Assembly (NCBI GenBank): GCA_963663995.1
Contig: OY760660.1
Coordinates: forward strand, 390,001-422,000
Length of the DNA stretch: 32,000 bases
Direction: 5' to 3'
DNA from: Erysipelotrichaceae bacterium
GTDB lineage: Bacteria > Bacillota_I > Bacilli_A > Erysipelotrichales > Erysipelotrichaceae
The position numbers and the translations under genes were made by a program. Of this stretch, positions 17,226 to 26,234 are shown one piece after another (the first letter of the stretch is position 1; each line of letters starts with the position of its first letter). The notes under the pieces were generated by a model, which was not told the origin of the DNA, made no database searches, and saw nothing but the letters and a program-made list of their open reading frames with translations.

Positions 17226-18980
17226 ATGCTCATTAAAAGATTCTTAAAGTACTACAAACCCTATAAGCATTTATTTGCGTTAGATGTCATATCTGCGCTT
17301 TTTATTGCGGGTTTAGATCTTATTTTACCAAGATTCACCAATTTTTTGATTTCCGATATTCTCGCTAATAAAAATATTAGTGAACTTTTACATTGGATAC
17401 TTATATTAATTGCTTTTTTAACGGTTCGTGTCATTTTGGAATATGTCGTTGATTATTGGGGTCATGTCTTAGGTTTGCGTATGGAATATGATATGCGTAC
17501 CCAACTTTACAAACATATGCAACGATTACCCATCCAGTTTTATGATAATTCTAAAACGGGTAAATTAATGTCACGACTTGTGAATGATTTATTTGAAATA
17601 TCTGAACTAGCTCATCATGGTCCTGAAGATTTTTTGATTTCTTTAATGTTGGTCTTTGGATCGCTGTTTTTAATGTTTCAAACGTTTTATAAACTCGCTT
17701 TAATCATGTTGTTTTTAGTTCCCTTAATGATTTTTGTGGGTGTAAGTAAAAACATTAAATTTAGAAAAGTACAAAGGGTTGTACGCGAACGATTAGCTGA
17801 TGTAAATGCTAAAGCAGAGAATAGTATTTCCGGGATAAGAGTGGTTAAAGCGTTTCATGCAGAAGATTATGAAGCAAAACGCTTTGATGAAGGATCCATT
17901 GACTTTTCAATGTCTCGACAAAAATCAGTAAAAGTAATGGCTGAGTTTGCAGTTAGTGTGAAATTTTTTGTTTCTGTCATAACAGTTGCTGTTTTATTTT
18001 TTGGTGGCTATTTTGTTATTCAAGGGGAAATGACTGTTGGCGCATTAATCGAGTTTTTATTGTATGTTCAACTCTATCAACAACCTATCTCAAAAATTTC
18101 AGCATTAATTATGATGTATAACCAAGCAATTACTGGTTTTGAGCGTTTTACTCATATTATCGATATGCCTATTCAAGCAGATCAAGAGAATTCAAAAGAT
18201 TTAATGATTAAGGATGCACATCTTAAGTTTGATAAAGTTAGTTTTCAATATGATGATAAAGATGGTAAACATATTCTAAGTGATTTAAGTTTTGAAATTA
18301 AAAAAGGACAAAAAGTAGCCTTTGTTGGACCAAGTGGTGGTGGTAAATCAACACTATGTAACTTAATACCTCGTTTTTATGAAATTCAAACTGGTTCGAT
18401 TTCAATTAATAATATAAATATTCAGGATTTTACATTAGCGTCACTTCGATCTCAAGTAGGTCTTGTTCAACAAGAAGTTTTCTTGTTTGATGGAACAATT
18501 TATGAAAATATTCAATATGGTAGAGTCGATGCGACACGTGACGAAATCATCGAAGCAGCCATCAAAGCTGAAGCCATTGATTTTATTAATGCTTTAGATA
18601 ATGGTATAGATACTGAAATTGGTGAAAGAGGTGTTCGTTTATCAGGTGGGCAAAGACAGAGAATTGCATTGGCTCGTATCTTTTTAAAGAATCCACCATT
18701 ACTCATTTTAGATGAAGCTACAAGTGCTTTAGATAATATTACTGAATTAAACATACAAAGAACTTTAGATGCTCTATCTAAGGATCGAACGAGTTTAGTT
18801 ATTGCGCATCGTTTATCAACCATTACTGATGCGGATCACATATTTGTATTAAGTGAAAAAGGAATCGTTGAAGAGGGGAAACACGTGGACTTAATTAAAC
18901 AAAATGGAATTTATTCACAACTTTATAGAGCACAACAAATGCAAACTGAAATTGATGAAGAGTTGATGCATGGCAATTGA
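17226..18980 (+). CDS. ABC exporter, fused TMD-NBD half transporter (MsbA/MdlB-type)
   Basis: N-terminal 6-TM exporter domain (FLKYYKPYKHLF start typical of this family). Walker A GPSGGGKST, signature LSGGQRQR, Walker B LLILDEATSALD, H-loop IAHRLST. No SD is visible upstream of the ATG. Confidence 0.9.
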   Translation: MLIKRFLKYYKPYKHLFALDVISALFIAGLDLILPRFTNFLISDILANKNISELLHWILILIAFLTVRVILEYVVDYWGHVLGLRMEYDMRTQLYKHMQRLPIQFYDNSKTGKLMSRLVNDLFEISELAHHGPEDFLISLMLVFGSLFLMFQTFYKLALIMLFLVPLMIFVGVSKNIKFRKVQRVVRERLADVNAKAENSISGIRVVKAFHAEDYEAKRFDEGSIDFSMSRQKSVKVMAEFAVSVKFFVSVITVAVLFFGGYFVIQGEMTVGALIEFLLYVQLYQQPISKISALIMMYNQAITGFERFTHIIDMPIQADQENSKDLMIKDAHLKFDKVSFQYDDKDGKHILSDLSFEIKKGQKVAFVGPSGGGKSTLCNLIPRFYEIQTGSISINNINIQDFTLASLRSQVGLVQQEVFLFDGTIYENIQYGRVDATRDEIIEAAIKAEAIDFINALDNGIDTEIGERGVRLSGGQRQRIALARIFLKNPPLLILDEATSALDNITELNIQRTLDALSKDRTSLVIAHRLSTITDADHIFVLSEKGIVEEGKHVDLIKQNGIYSQLYRAQQMQTEIDEELMHGN

Positions 18981-19830
18981 GGAAAGAATTGGTGCATATA
19001 TAGGCTATAAACGAAAACGTTTATTTCGAATGACTCAAAATTCTCAGTATACTCAAAAAGAATTTATCAAAACAACTGATAATGTCAGTCTTTATGGATG
19101 TACAGAAGGTCTTGCGGTATGTTCTAGAAGTACACTTATTAAAATTGAAAATGGTTATAAATCTCAAGAAACTCAATTATTAGATTTCTTCTTGCGTAAA
19201 TTATCTTGTCCACATCGGATTATGGATGATGAATTAAGTAAAACAAATAATTTATTAAACCAATATTTAGAAGATAATTATTTAGAAGATATCGAACAAT
19301 GGTTATCAAATCTAAATAACGAAGTTCAAAATTTAAATCTACATTTATTTGTCTTTGATTATTATGCTTTGAAAATGATCAATCGTTACTTCAAATCAGA
19401 CACTACTTTTTCGATTCAAAGTATTTTGCATTTATTAGAAATATTAAGAGTTATCAATCAGAAGTTATTTACTCAAGCAGTTGAGTTAATCTGTTTTGAA
19501 ATATACTTTAAAAAAGAATTTTGGTCATATGCTTCGACAGTTATCGAACGTTTTCGAGTAATGAATGTAGATACTGAAATCAGTCGTTGGTTCAATCAAG
19601 TTTTTCAATCAACTTTTCACCATCAAGTTATTTCGTTCCCAAATATTACAAAGAATCATAAATATTTTGAACAGATAAAAAAATACAATTGGTATATTCA
19701 ACAACCACTCTTTACGGATCAAGATTTTTCTTATCAAAGAAATAAATTATCTGGTTATAGTCGCTTTTTAAAATATGAACCATATCCATTCAGTTTAAGT
19801 ATTGCTTTGATGGCTATTCATACTATTTAA
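18970..19830 (+). CDS. XRE-family HTH regulator with ~200-aa C-terminal helical domain (Rgg/RRNPP-like architecture, unverified)
   Basis: N-terminal IGAYIGYKRKRL...YTQKEF...SRSTLIKIENG matches the HTH_XRE pattern with an insertion. The remaining ~200 aa are Leu/Phe/Tyr-rich and helical by composition. 286 aa is a typical Rgg size. The start overlaps the ABC exporter stop by 11 nt. Confidence 0.6.
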   Translation: MAIEERIGAYIGYKRKRLFRMTQNSQYTQKEFIKTTDNVSLYGCTEGLAVCSRSTLIKIENGYKSQETQLLDFFLRKLSCPHRIMDDELSKTNNLLNQYLEDNYLEDIEQWLSNLNNEVQNLNLHLFVFDYYALKMINRYFKSDTTFSIQSILHLLEILRVINQKLFTQAVELICFEIYFKKEFWSYASTVIERFRVMNVDTEISRWFNQVFQSTFHHQVISFPNITKNHKYFEQIKKYNWYIQQPLFTDQDFSYQRNKLSGYSRFLKYEPYPFSLSIALMAIHTI

Positions 19831-19979
19831 TGAAAAGTAGACATCGACTCAAAAACGTAAAGAATTTATATAATGTCTAAATATAAAGAAATATATACAT
19901 TATGTAATATTGTGTTTTTGAGGAGGTTGGGTGGTATTGAAATAATAATGTGCCATTTATTTCAATGCAGTCAGGTTAG

Positions 19980-20015
19980 AAAAGTTAAGTTTATGACTTA
20001 ACTTTTTCTTTTATC
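19980..20015 (+). terminator. Terminator-like hairpin in the regulator-yneF intergenic region
   Basis: AAAAGTTAAGT (19980-90) pairs with ACTTAACTTTT (19996-20006), giving 11 bp. The loop is TTATG, followed by a T-rich tract. Confidence 0.55.
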
Positions 20016-20067
20016 TTGAAACTAAGTACAAGTTAAAGTAAAATTTAACGAGTAAGGACGGTATTTT

Positions 20068-20286
20068 ATGACAAACTTTTGGCAATCGTTTTTCTCACTA
20101 CTTTTAGGTCTAATTCTAGGTGGAGCATTAGGTTTCTACTTTACTAAACGTAATTTTGAAAAACAACTTAAAGAGAATCCACCAATTAATGAAAAGATGA
20201 TTCGAGCAATGTATATGCAAATGGGACGTAAACCATCTGAATCTCAAATCAAACAAATCATGAAGTCAATGGATCAATACAAATAA
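20068..20286 (+). CDS. yneF: UPF0154 family small membrane protein (YneF-like)
   Basis: 72 aa. One N-terminal TM segment, then ENPPINEKMIRAMYMQMGRKPSESQIKQIMKSM, the hallmark of YneF/UPF0154. AAGGA SD. Bacillus-like proximity to plsY-parEC. Confidence 0.85.
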   Translation: MTNFWQSFFSLLLGLILGGALGFYFTKRNFEKQLKENPPINEKMIRAMYMQMGRKPSESQIKQIMKSMDQYK

Positions 20287-20310
20287 AAATGCACATTGTG
20301 CATTTTTTTT
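20285..20310. terminator. Bidirectional terminator between convergent yneF and plsY
   Basis: AAAAATGCAC pairs with GTGCATTTTT around an ATT loop. An A-run lies on one side and a T-run on the other. It overlaps both stop codons. Confidence 0.75.
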
Positions 20311-20920
20311 ATATCCAAGTTACTTTTGATTCTTCTTTATTGAGAAGTCTTTTAATATTAGCCTTATGCCGATAAATAACGACCGAAACAATTAATAATA
20401 TATAGAAGTTAACTTCCATGATGTCAGAAACGATAAAGGCCGTAATAACTCCAACAGATAAGGCGGTCATGGAAGAGAAAGAAACATATTTCGTTACTTT
20501 CAAAATCGCAAAGAAAAGTAGCCAAGGGAATAAAAACATGATGAAGAATTGATGTGTAATAAAGATAGAAACAGCGAGTAAATATCCATAAGCTGTTGAA
20601 ACAGCTTTACCACCTTTAAAGTTCGCAAAGATAGGGTAGATATGACCAAGCGTTGCCGCAACACCTGCTAAGGCTGCAACTTCTGGTTTGAATTGATATA
20701 CAATCGCGACAACAATCGCTGCTTTTAAAACATCCAAAATACTAACAGCTGCACCAGCAGGTCGTCCTAAAACACGTCCTGCATTAGTTCCCCCAAGATT
20801 CCCACTTCCAAAATTTCGAATATCCGTTTTATAAAAAACTTTACCAATCACTAAAGCAAACGGAATAGAACCAAATAAATAGCCAAGTACTAGGGCGATG
20901 ACTGTATAAATATCAAACAT
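20309..20920 (-). CDS. plsY: Glycerol-3-phosphate acyltransferase PlsY
   Basis: GSGNLGGTNAGRVLG and HIYPIFANFKGGKAV motifs in a polytopic membrane protein. GAGG SD. Candidate extended -10 TGATATAAT on the minus strand at 20945-20953. Confidence 0.95.
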   Translation of the reverse strand: MFDIYTVIALVLGYLFGSIPFALVIGKVFYKTDIRNFGSGNLGGTNAGRVLGRPAGAAVSILDVLKAAIVVAIVYQFKPEVAALAGVAATLGHIYPIFANFKGGKAVSTAYGYLLAVSIFITHQFFIMFLFPWLLFFAILKVTKYVSFSSMTALSVGVITAFIVSDIMEVNFYILLIVSVVIYRHKANIKRLLNKEESKVTWI

Positions 20921-21013
20921 TTTTTAATTACCTCTGTGGACATATTATATCAAAATTGAAGGGATTAGAATTGTAAGTGTATTGTATAATGAATGCGGTA
21001 GAAATGGAGTTTT

Positions 21014-22939
21014 ATGAGTACAAAAAGTAGTTATAATGAACAAAGTATACAGATTCTAGAAGGATTAGAAGCTGTTCGTAAACGCCCAGGGATGTATATT
21101 GGATCAACAGATGGTCGCGGTCTACATCATTTAGTTTGGGAAATCGTTGATAATGCGATCGATGAAGCCATCAATGGTTATGGCAGTCATATTCAAATAA
21201 AAATCCATAAAGATGGATCTCTTTCTGTTATAGATGAAGGACGAGGAATGCCAGTTGGTAAACATGCAAGTGGTGTGTCTACTTTGCAAGTTATCTTTAC
21301 AGTTCTTCATGCCGGTGGAAAATTTTCTGAAGCAGCCGGTTATAAAACAGCTGGTGGTCTACATGGTGTTGGAGCATCAGTTGTCAATGCTTTAAGTGAA
21401 TGGTTAGTTGTGACAAGTTATTATGATGGCATAGAATATGAAATGACCTTTAAAAATGGTGGAAAGGAAATCTCTGCTTTAAAGACAATTGGTAAAACCA
21501 ATAAAAAAGGGTCTAAAGTAACTTTTAAACCAGATGCGAAAATATTTAACACAACGGATTTTAAATATGACATTATTCAAGAACGTATTCAAGAATCAGC
21601 TTTTCTTTTAAAAGATATTAAGATGTCAATACATGATGAGAGAAGTGATCGTTCTGATGAATTCTATTATGATCTTGGTTTAATAAAATTTATTGAATTT
21701 TTAAATGAAGATCGCACCGGTATGCATGAACCTTTGATGTTTGAAAGTAACTTAGCGGATATCAATGTTCGCTTTGCGATGCAATATACCGATGATTATC
21801 AAGAAAATACTTTTTCATTTGTTAATTTGGTGAGAACTGGTGATGGTGGAACCCATGAAGTTGGATATAAAACTGCTTTAACCAAAGTATTTAATGAGTT
21901 TGCTAGAAAACTTGGCTTATTAAAAGAGAAAGATAAGAATTTTGATGGGAATGATATTCGTGAAGGTTTGACTTCTGTTTTATCTGTTTCCATTCCTGAA
22001 AAACTCTTACAGTTTGAAGGTCAAACTAAAAGTAAATTAGGGACACCACAAGCAAAAATTGCCGTTGAGAGTTTTGTGGTTGAACAAATGTCTTATTACC
22101 TCGAAGAAAATCGAGAGTTTACACAAACAATACTCAAGAAAATTCAAAAGGCATCACAAGCACGTGAAGCTGCTCGAAAAGCACGAGAAGATGCTCGTAA
22201 AGGTCGTAAAGGCAATAAAAGTGAAAAGATTTTATCTGGTAAATTAGCGGCAGCCCAAAGTAAAGATGCGCGTAAGCGTGAACTGTTTTTAGTTGAAGGT
22301 GATTCAGCGGGCGGTTCAGCAAAACAAGGAAGAGATTCTAAAATACAAGCGATTTTACCTTTAAGAGGTAAAGTTTTAAATACTGAAAAAGCAAGTATTA
22401 AAGATATTGAAAAGAATGAAGAATTAAATACAATTATTCATGCTTTAGGAGCTGGAGTTGGTAGTGATTTTGAAGTTAAAGATATTAACTATGACAAAGT
22501 TATTATTATGACTGATGCTGATACCGATGGAGCTCATATCCAAGTTTTACTTTTAACTTTCTTCTATCGCTATATGCGTCAACTCTTAGAAGAGGGACAT
22601 GTTTATATTGCTCAACCTCCTTTGTATAAAATTAAAAAGGGAAGAGAAGAGCGTTATATTTATACCGAAGAAGAATTGGCTGAAAATCAACAACGTTTAG
22701 GCAAAGTTGAAATTCAACGTTATAAAGGTTTAGGTGAAATGAATGCTAATCAGTTATGGGAAACAACAATGGACCCAGATAAAAGAACGCTCATTCAAGT
22801 GGAATTAGGCGATGCTTTAGTTGCCCAAAGAACTGTATCCGTTTTAATGGGAGACAAAGCTGATTTAAGACGTAATTGGATTGAAAGCAATGTGTCCTTT
22901 ACGCTAGAAGATGATTTTATGGAGATCGATAATGGATAA
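21014..22939 (+). CDS. parE: DNA topoisomerase IV subunit B
   Basis: GHKL ATPase (LEGLEAVRKRPGMYIGST, VDNAIDEA, GGLHGVGASVVNALS) and Toprim (LFLVEGDSAGGSAKQGRD; IMTDADTDGAHI). Called ParE rather than GyrB from the pairing with a ParC-type A subunit and the plsY-parE-parC synteny. Confidence 0.88.
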   Translation: MSTKSSYNEQSIQILEGLEAVRKRPGMYIGSTDGRGLHHLVWEIVDNAIDEAINGYGSHIQIKIHKDGSLSVIDEGRGMPVGKHASGVSTLQVIFTVLHAGGKFSEAAGYKTAGGLHGVGASVVNALSEWLVVTSYYDGIEYEMTFKNGGKEISALKTIGKTNKKGSKVTFKPDAKIFNTTDFKYDIIQERIQESAFLLKDIKMSIHDERSDRSDEFYYDLGLIKFIEFLNEDRTGMHEPLMFESNLADINVRFAMQYTDDYQENTFSFVNLVRTGDGGTHEVGYKTALTKVFNEFARKLGLLKEKDKNFDGNDIREGLTSVLSVSIPEKLLQFEGQTKSKLGTPQAKIAVESFVVEQMSYYLEENREFTQTILKKIQKASQAREAARKAREDARKGRKGNKSEKILSGKLAAAQSKDARKRELFLVEGDSAGGSAKQGRDSKIQAILPLRGKVLNTEKASIKDIEKNEELNTIIHALGAGVGSDFEVKDINYDKVIIMTDADTDGAHIQVLLLTFFYRYMRQLLEEGHVYIAQPPLYKIKKGREERYIYTEEELAENQQRLGKVEIQRYKGLGEMNANQLWETTMDPDKRTLIQVELGDALVAQRTVSVLMGDKADLRRNWIESNVSFTLEDDFMEIDNG

Positions 22940-25514
22940 AAAGAATGTCGTACTCGGCCATGAACTTCAGCGTATTATGTCTGATCGTTTTGGTCGATAT
23001 TCAAAATATATTATTCAAGAAAGAGCACTACCGGATGTGCGTGATGGCTTAAAACCTGTTCAAAGACGTATTTTATATGCGATGTATGAAGATGGGAATA
23101 CCTTTGATAAAGCCTATCGTAAATCAGCTAAAACGGTCGGTTTAGTTATTGGTAATTATCATCCTCATGGCGATAGTTCTGTTTATGATGCGATGGTTCG
23201 TCTTTCCCAAGATTGGAAGATGAATGTAGCCCTTGTTGATATGCAAGGGAATAATGGTTCCATTGATGATGATCCAGCAGCGGCTATGCGATATACTGAA
23301 GCAAGACTTTCTGCTTATGCCCAAAAATTATTAACAGATATTGATCAAAATACGGTTGCCTTTACACCAAATTTTGATGATACATCTTTAGAACCATCAG
23401 TTTTACCAGCAGGTGTTCCACAATTATTGGTTAATGGGGCAAGTGGGATTGCGGCTGGCTATGCGACTAATATTCCACCCCATAATTTAAATGAAGTTAT
23501 TGATGGGACGATTTATCGATTAAATCATCCACAGTCATCACTTGAAGAATTAATGGTTTTAATCAAAGGACCTGATTTTCCTACCGGTGGAATTGTCCAA
23601 GGACAAAAAGGAATTATTGATGCTTTTGAAAGTGGTAAAGGACGAGTAGTTATCCGCTCAAAAACTGAAATTGTTCAAAACAAGACCAATCAACAAATTG
23701 TCTTTAGTGAAATACCTTATGAAGTTGTGAAGTCTAATTTAGTTAAAAAGATAGATGATTTAAGAATTAATAAAACATTAGATGCTTTACTTGATGTTCG
23801 TGATGAATCAGATCGTAATGGTTTAAGAATTGTCTGTGATCTTAAAAAAGATGCAGATGCTGACTTAGTTTTAAACTATTTATTTAAAAATACAGATGCA
23901 CAAGTTTACTATAACTACAATATGGTTTCGATTATTAATCAAAGACCTGTTTTAGGTGGTCTTTTAAGCGTTCTAGACGCGTTTATTGACTTCCGTAAGG
24001 ATTTAGTTCTTAAACGATCAAAACACCAATTAGAAGCTATTCAAAAGCGTATGCATATCTTAGAAGGTTTAATCAAAGCCATCTCAGTTTTAGATGAAGT
24101 CATTGCCCTAATAAGAAGTGCTGAAAACAAAGCTGATGCAAAAGTTAAATTAATAGATCGTTTTGATTTTAGTGATGCTCAAGCAGAAGCCATTGTTAAT
24201 TTAAGACTCTATCGTTTAACCAATACCGACATCATTGAATTAAAAGATGAACTGGCCCAACTTTTAAGTCAAGAAATTGAACTTAAGGGAATTATTGAAA
24301 ACGCAAGTTTACTAAAAGCTGTTTTAGTTAAAGAATTACAAGCATTAAAAAAAGCTTTTCCATTAGCTAGACGCTCAGTGATTGAAGCAGAAGTTGAAGA
24401 AATCGTCATCGATACAAAAGCGATGATTCCAAATGAAAAGACATACATAACACTATCTCAAGAAGGATATCTCAAACGCGTATCCGTTCGATCTTTCCAA
24501 GCTTCTGAAAATACGCCAACGACGCTTAAAGAGGGAGATAAACTCTTTGGGGTAAGTGAAGCTGAAACCTTTGATTCATTAATCATTGTTTTAGATTCTG
24601 GTAAATATATAATTTTACCTCTATTAAATGTAGAAGAGGGTAAATGGAAGGACTTAGGGAACCATTTAGGTCACTATGTAAAATTAGATGGCTCAAATAA
24701 TGTTAAAGCTGCCTTTTTGGTGAAATCTTTTGATTCAAATGTTGACATTATTATTGCGACTGAAAAAGGGCAAATAAAACGTAGTCCTCTAAAAGCTTTT
24801 GAAGTCAACCGAACCAATAAAGCCTATGATGCGATTAGTTTATCGAAAGGTGATCGTATCGTTTCATGTTTTGAGGCTTATGAAGCATCAGATATTTTTG
24901 TCGCAAGTAAAGAAGGTTATGCTGTTCTTTACAAACTCGATGATATTCCATCAGTGAATGTAAAATCTAAGGGTGTTAAAGCAATGAATCTATCAAAAAC
25001 AGATAGCTTAGCAGCAGCATGTAGTTTTGAAGATGAAAAAGCGGCCTTAATGGTTTGTGCTGAGTCGGGTCAAATGAAACGAATTAAACGAAGTGACTTT
25101 GACTATAATAATCGTCCAGTTAAAGGAGAATTATTAGCTCGTAAAATAAAAACAAATCCAATTTATGTTTCACAAATCTTTAGTAGCTTAGCTTATGATC
25201 GACTTGAAATTACGACTGCTCAAACCTATTGGATGATGGCAAAAGATATACCTTTGATGGATAAAACAGCTAGTTATTCAAATGGATTTAAAGATGTGGA
25301 TGGTGGATATCTTGTTCAACATATCAAAGAATTAAGAATCGTTGACATAAAAATTGAACAGGAAGCTAAAAAAGTCATAGAAAAAACAGTTCCTCAAGAA
25401 GAACTGTTAGATAAACTACCTTTAAAAACGGGAGCTAAGAATTTACCGAAGGAAGTTCTTGGGGATGACCAAGAAGAACCTGAAGATATCGAATTTATAC
25501 ACTTTGATTTCTAA
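22932..25514 (+). CDS. parC: DNA topoisomerase IV subunit A
   Basis: RFGRYSKYIIQERALPDVRDGLKPVQRRILYAM is the ParC-type N-terminus. Catalytic region AAMRYTEARL. GGAGA SD before the ATG at 22932. 8-nt overlap with parE. Long acidic C-terminal tail. Confidence 0.9.
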   Translation: MDKKNVVLGHELQRIMSDRFGRYSKYIIQERALPDVRDGLKPVQRRILYAMYEDGNTFDKAYRKSAKTVGLVIGNYHPHGDSSVYDAMVRLSQDWKMNVALVDMQGNNGSIDDDPAAAMRYTEARLSAYAQKLLTDIDQNTVAFTPNFDDTSLEPSVLPAGVPQLLVNGASGIAAGYATNIPPHNLNEVIDGTIYRLNHPQSSLEELMVLIKGPDFPTGGIVQGQKGIIDAFESGKGRVVIRSKTEIVQNKTNQQIVFSEIPYEVVKSNLVKKIDDLRINKTLDALLDVRDESDRNGLRIVCDLKKDADADLVLNYLFKNTDAQVYYNYNMVSIINQRPVLGGLLSVLDAFIDFRKDLVLKRSKHQLEAIQKRMHILEGLIKAISVLDEVIALIRSAENKADAKVKLIDRFDFSDAQAEAIVNLRLYRLTNTDIIELKDELAQLLSQEIELKGIIENASLLKAVLVKELQALKKAFPLARRSVIEAEVEEIVIDTKAMIPNEKTYITLSQEGYLKRVSVRSFQASENTPTTLKEGDKLFGVSEAETFDSLIIVLDSGKYIILPLLNVEEGKWKDLGNHLGHYVKLDGSNNVKAAFLVKSFDSNVDIIIATEKGQIKRSPLKAFEVNRTNKAYDAISLSKGDRIVSCFEAYEASDIFVASKEGYAVLYKLDDIPSVNVKSKGVKAMNLSKTDSLAAACSFEDEKAALMVCAESGQMKRIKRSDFDYNNRPVKGELLARKIKTNPIYVSQIFSSLAYDRLEITTAQTYWMMAKDIPLMDKTASYSNGFKDVDGGYLVQHIKELRIVDIKIEQEAKKVIEKTVPQEELLDKLPLKTGAKNLPKEVLGDDQEEPEDIEFIHFDF

Positions 25515-26160
25515 GCCAGTGATAAAGCGTATTCTCTAATTCATTTAAGCCATTTAGAAAAGCGATTGAATAATCTTTAGCCCATTGGCTAATCGGATAA
25601 TTACGCGCTACATAAATGGCTTTTGTATTGGCTAAATAACCAGCTTGGACACCATTTACAGTGGAATCAACGGTAATTAATCGTTGAACTTTATCATTAA
25701 ACTTACGTGCAATCTTTAAATAGATATCAGCGTCAGGTTTACCTGATAAAACCTCTTTTGTTGTGAAAAGAGCGGTGGGTTCAAACGTGAATTGTTTTAA
25801 TATCCCACTGTTTTCAAGTTCACTTATAGAAAGGTTAGTTAAAAAAGAAACATTAAAATCTTCAGTGAATTTCGTAAAGAGTTTATTTATTTGTTCATCA
25901 ATTTTAAAATTCTTTAAGTGATCGAGAACTAGTGTGTGGTATTTTTCATTCACTTCCTCAAAAAAAGGAGCGTAACGTGGATATTCACGGGAGAGCTTCT
26001 CAATTTTCTCACTATTGGCATCAAAGCTTAGTTCATTAAACATTTGACTGACAGCTACATCGTTTTTTTTGCAGATCTCTATCCATAGAGCATCTTTGAT
26101 TTTTGGGAGGTCTAGAACGAGATCATCTAGACTTAATATTAGGTTTTGTTTCATAGTCAT
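25495..26160 (-). CDS. HAD-superfamily (beta-phosphoglucomutase-like fold) protein with apparently degenerate motif I
   Basis: Motif III SGKPDADIYLKIARKF and motif IV ITVDSTVNGVQAGYLA are recognisable. Motif I reads LILSLDDLVLD instead of hhhhDxDGT. The start is taken as the ATG at 26160 (MTMKQN); the track start at 26205 is a GTG. The 3' end overlaps parC by 20 nt, convergently. Confidence 0.7.
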   Translation of the reverse strand: MTMKQNLILSLDDLVLDLPKIKDALWIEICKKNDVAVSQMFNELSFDANSEKIEKLSREYPRYAPFFEEVNEKYHTLVLDHLKNFKIDEQINKLFTKFTEDFNVSFLTNLSISELENSGILKQFTFEPTALFTTKEVLSGKPDADIYLKIARKFNDKVQRLITVDSTVNGVQAGYLANTKAIYVARNYPISQWAKDYSIAFLNGLNELENTLYHWLRNQSV

Positions 26161-26218
26161 GAGACTATTTTTACATATTTTTGTGTAATTGTAAAAGATA
26201 TACACTCATAAGCTTGTT

Positions 26219-26227
26219 TGTTATAAT
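26219..26227 (+). promoter_or_regulatory. Extended -10 promoter for the yqeG operon
   Basis: TGTTATAAT is a perfect TGnTATAAT. There are exactly 7 nt between the hexamer and the homology-supported yqeG ATG at 26235, with no SD in between. Confidence 0.5.
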
Positions 26228-26234
26228 GAAGCCA

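Noticed and set aside
18512-18823. 103-aa antisense ORF inside the NBD of the ABC exporter
   Set aside because: It is the shadow of the conserved Walker B/signature region, with no SD or promoter.
19830-19880. 16-codon ORF (MKSRHRLKNVKNLYNV) starting at the TAATG overlap with the regulator stop
   Set aside because: It is very short, has no SD and its composition is simply that of the AT-rich spacer. I cannot support it as a pheromone precursor without comparative data.
21799-23324. Short ORFs 21799-21993(-), 22059-22247(+), 22134-22322(-) and 23142-23324(-) within parE/parC
   Set aside because: All are nested in alternative frames of parE/parC. The plus-strand one is an off-frame reading of the Lys/Arg-rich linker (AREAARKAREDARKGRKG) region.
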